Shown here: one piece after another, positions 62,758 to 64,000 of the stretch
Numbering within the stretch: position 1 is the stretch's first letter
How the letters are laid out: every line of letters starts with the position of its first letter
From: Amphiscolops sp. MND2022
Lineage: Eukaryota
Length of the DNA: 64,000 nucleotides
Assembly (NCBI GenBank): GCA_964187785.1
Contig: OZ076409.1
Span: 44,208,001-44,272,000, forward strand
Direction of reading: 5' to 3'
The notes under the pieces: model-generated
What the model was told of the DNA's origin: nothing
Seen by the model: the letters and a program-made list of their open reading frames with translations, nothing else
The model's database searches: none
Program-made: the position numbers and the translations under genes

Positions 62758-64000
62758 TTACAATAGTAGAAGCGATTGAGCATTATTATTATACATTGTG
62801 TCCTTAATCAAATGCTCAATGCACTCATGTTGAAAGCGCAAAATAAATGAAACCATTCTTTCAGTTGCATAAGCGATTGAGAGCTTTACTCAAGCATTGC
62901 TTCAATAATCAATCGTGCTCTGTGTTTAGTCTTCATTTTGCTGAAAAAACATGCCTTCGAACATATCCACTGGATCTTTTGGTCGCGAAAGCGATTGGAT
63001 GCAATCTTATGTCATTGCTGCCTAATCCATCGTGCGCCCTCCTCGCTTTGGTTAACAAATAAAAACAATTTCCCTTCATTCCACGAACTTCTTGCTTCTT
63101 CACGAACAACAAACACGATTCTTGCATTCTGAACTTTAAATTTTCAAACCCTTTATCTATCTTTTCCACTTACATATTTAACCACATTTCATTAAAATTC
63201 TTGGGTTCTAATTCATTTTATTATTCAATACACTTGATAAAATCTCATTTCTTTCATTAGTGTTGTTACATAAACAACTTCTATTAAACTACTCATTACC
63301 TTACAACTTTTTACAAATGACCATTCACAACTTCATTTCAACTATTTGCCTCACAATACTTTTACCGCTTAAACGTATTGAAAATTCCACTCAATCCTTC
63401 ATTGATTCGAATTAAACAATATTCGTTGTACTTTATTTCTTTGTGTATTCTTGACACCTTTTGAAATGCATCTCACAAAGACCCCTTTTCCAATGAACTG
63501 GAATTGTCTATATAACGAGACCGTTTATGCCATCAGAAGTATTCGCCTACTCAACCAAAATATCGAACTCACATTACATAACGCCCAAGTAGTAGACTTT
63601 TAATATATGAGCCCACGTTGGATCGAATTCACTTTGTATTTGCATTCAACTAACTTCCGCAAACCAGCCTTCAACATGTGGGTAGAAGTCCGCTTTCAAA
63701 CTTTCCAGTTTGAGCTCATGAAAATGTATTAAGCCCCAACTAATTTTATCCGTGCTGCACAATCCGGGACCGAATAAAATGAGCGAGTGCTCACCCCGCC
63801 CTGCTGTGGCATCCCTGGCTAGACCCAATGAAAGAATAGTCAGGCTCGAAACCAATTTTACACGAAAGGGTAAAAATTACTTTAATAATTACAGCCCGCC
63901 TCATACTACAAATACTCCCAACCGCCAGTACTAACTCCCAGACAGCCGAAACGAAACAGGGTGTCATCTTCAACTTGGAACAACAAATATTGCTCACCGA

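Overview
Repeat-rich eukaryotic (invertebrate animal-like) DNA, not prokaryotic. One host gene: an 8-exon, minus-strand Delta(3,5)-Delta(2,4)-dienoyl-CoA isomerase (ECH1-like, 307 aa, 3847-19148). Its introns hold a Tc1 transposon, Helentron/HINE-like elements, CRE-type retroposon fragments and a near-perfect 1.2 kb triplication. The rest is nested transposons: a decayed CR1/L2-like LINE, CRE fragments, TIR MITEs, and an old minus-strand LINE. That old LINE is interrupted by a three-LTR non-autonomous element (TSD CGATG) and by a solo LTR (TSD ACCCA), which itself contains a 16.3 kb Ty3/gypsy element with 773 bp LTRs. Most interesting: the gypsy polyprotein continues past integrase into a Cys motif and two tandem TARG1/OARD1-like macrodomains, and a second, distinct gypsy at about 60-63 kb also has a macrodomain-like region after integrase. 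The large element also has a 4.5 kb leader with a degenerate ~180/720 bp periodic array. All domain calls come from motif recognition by eye; no searches were run.
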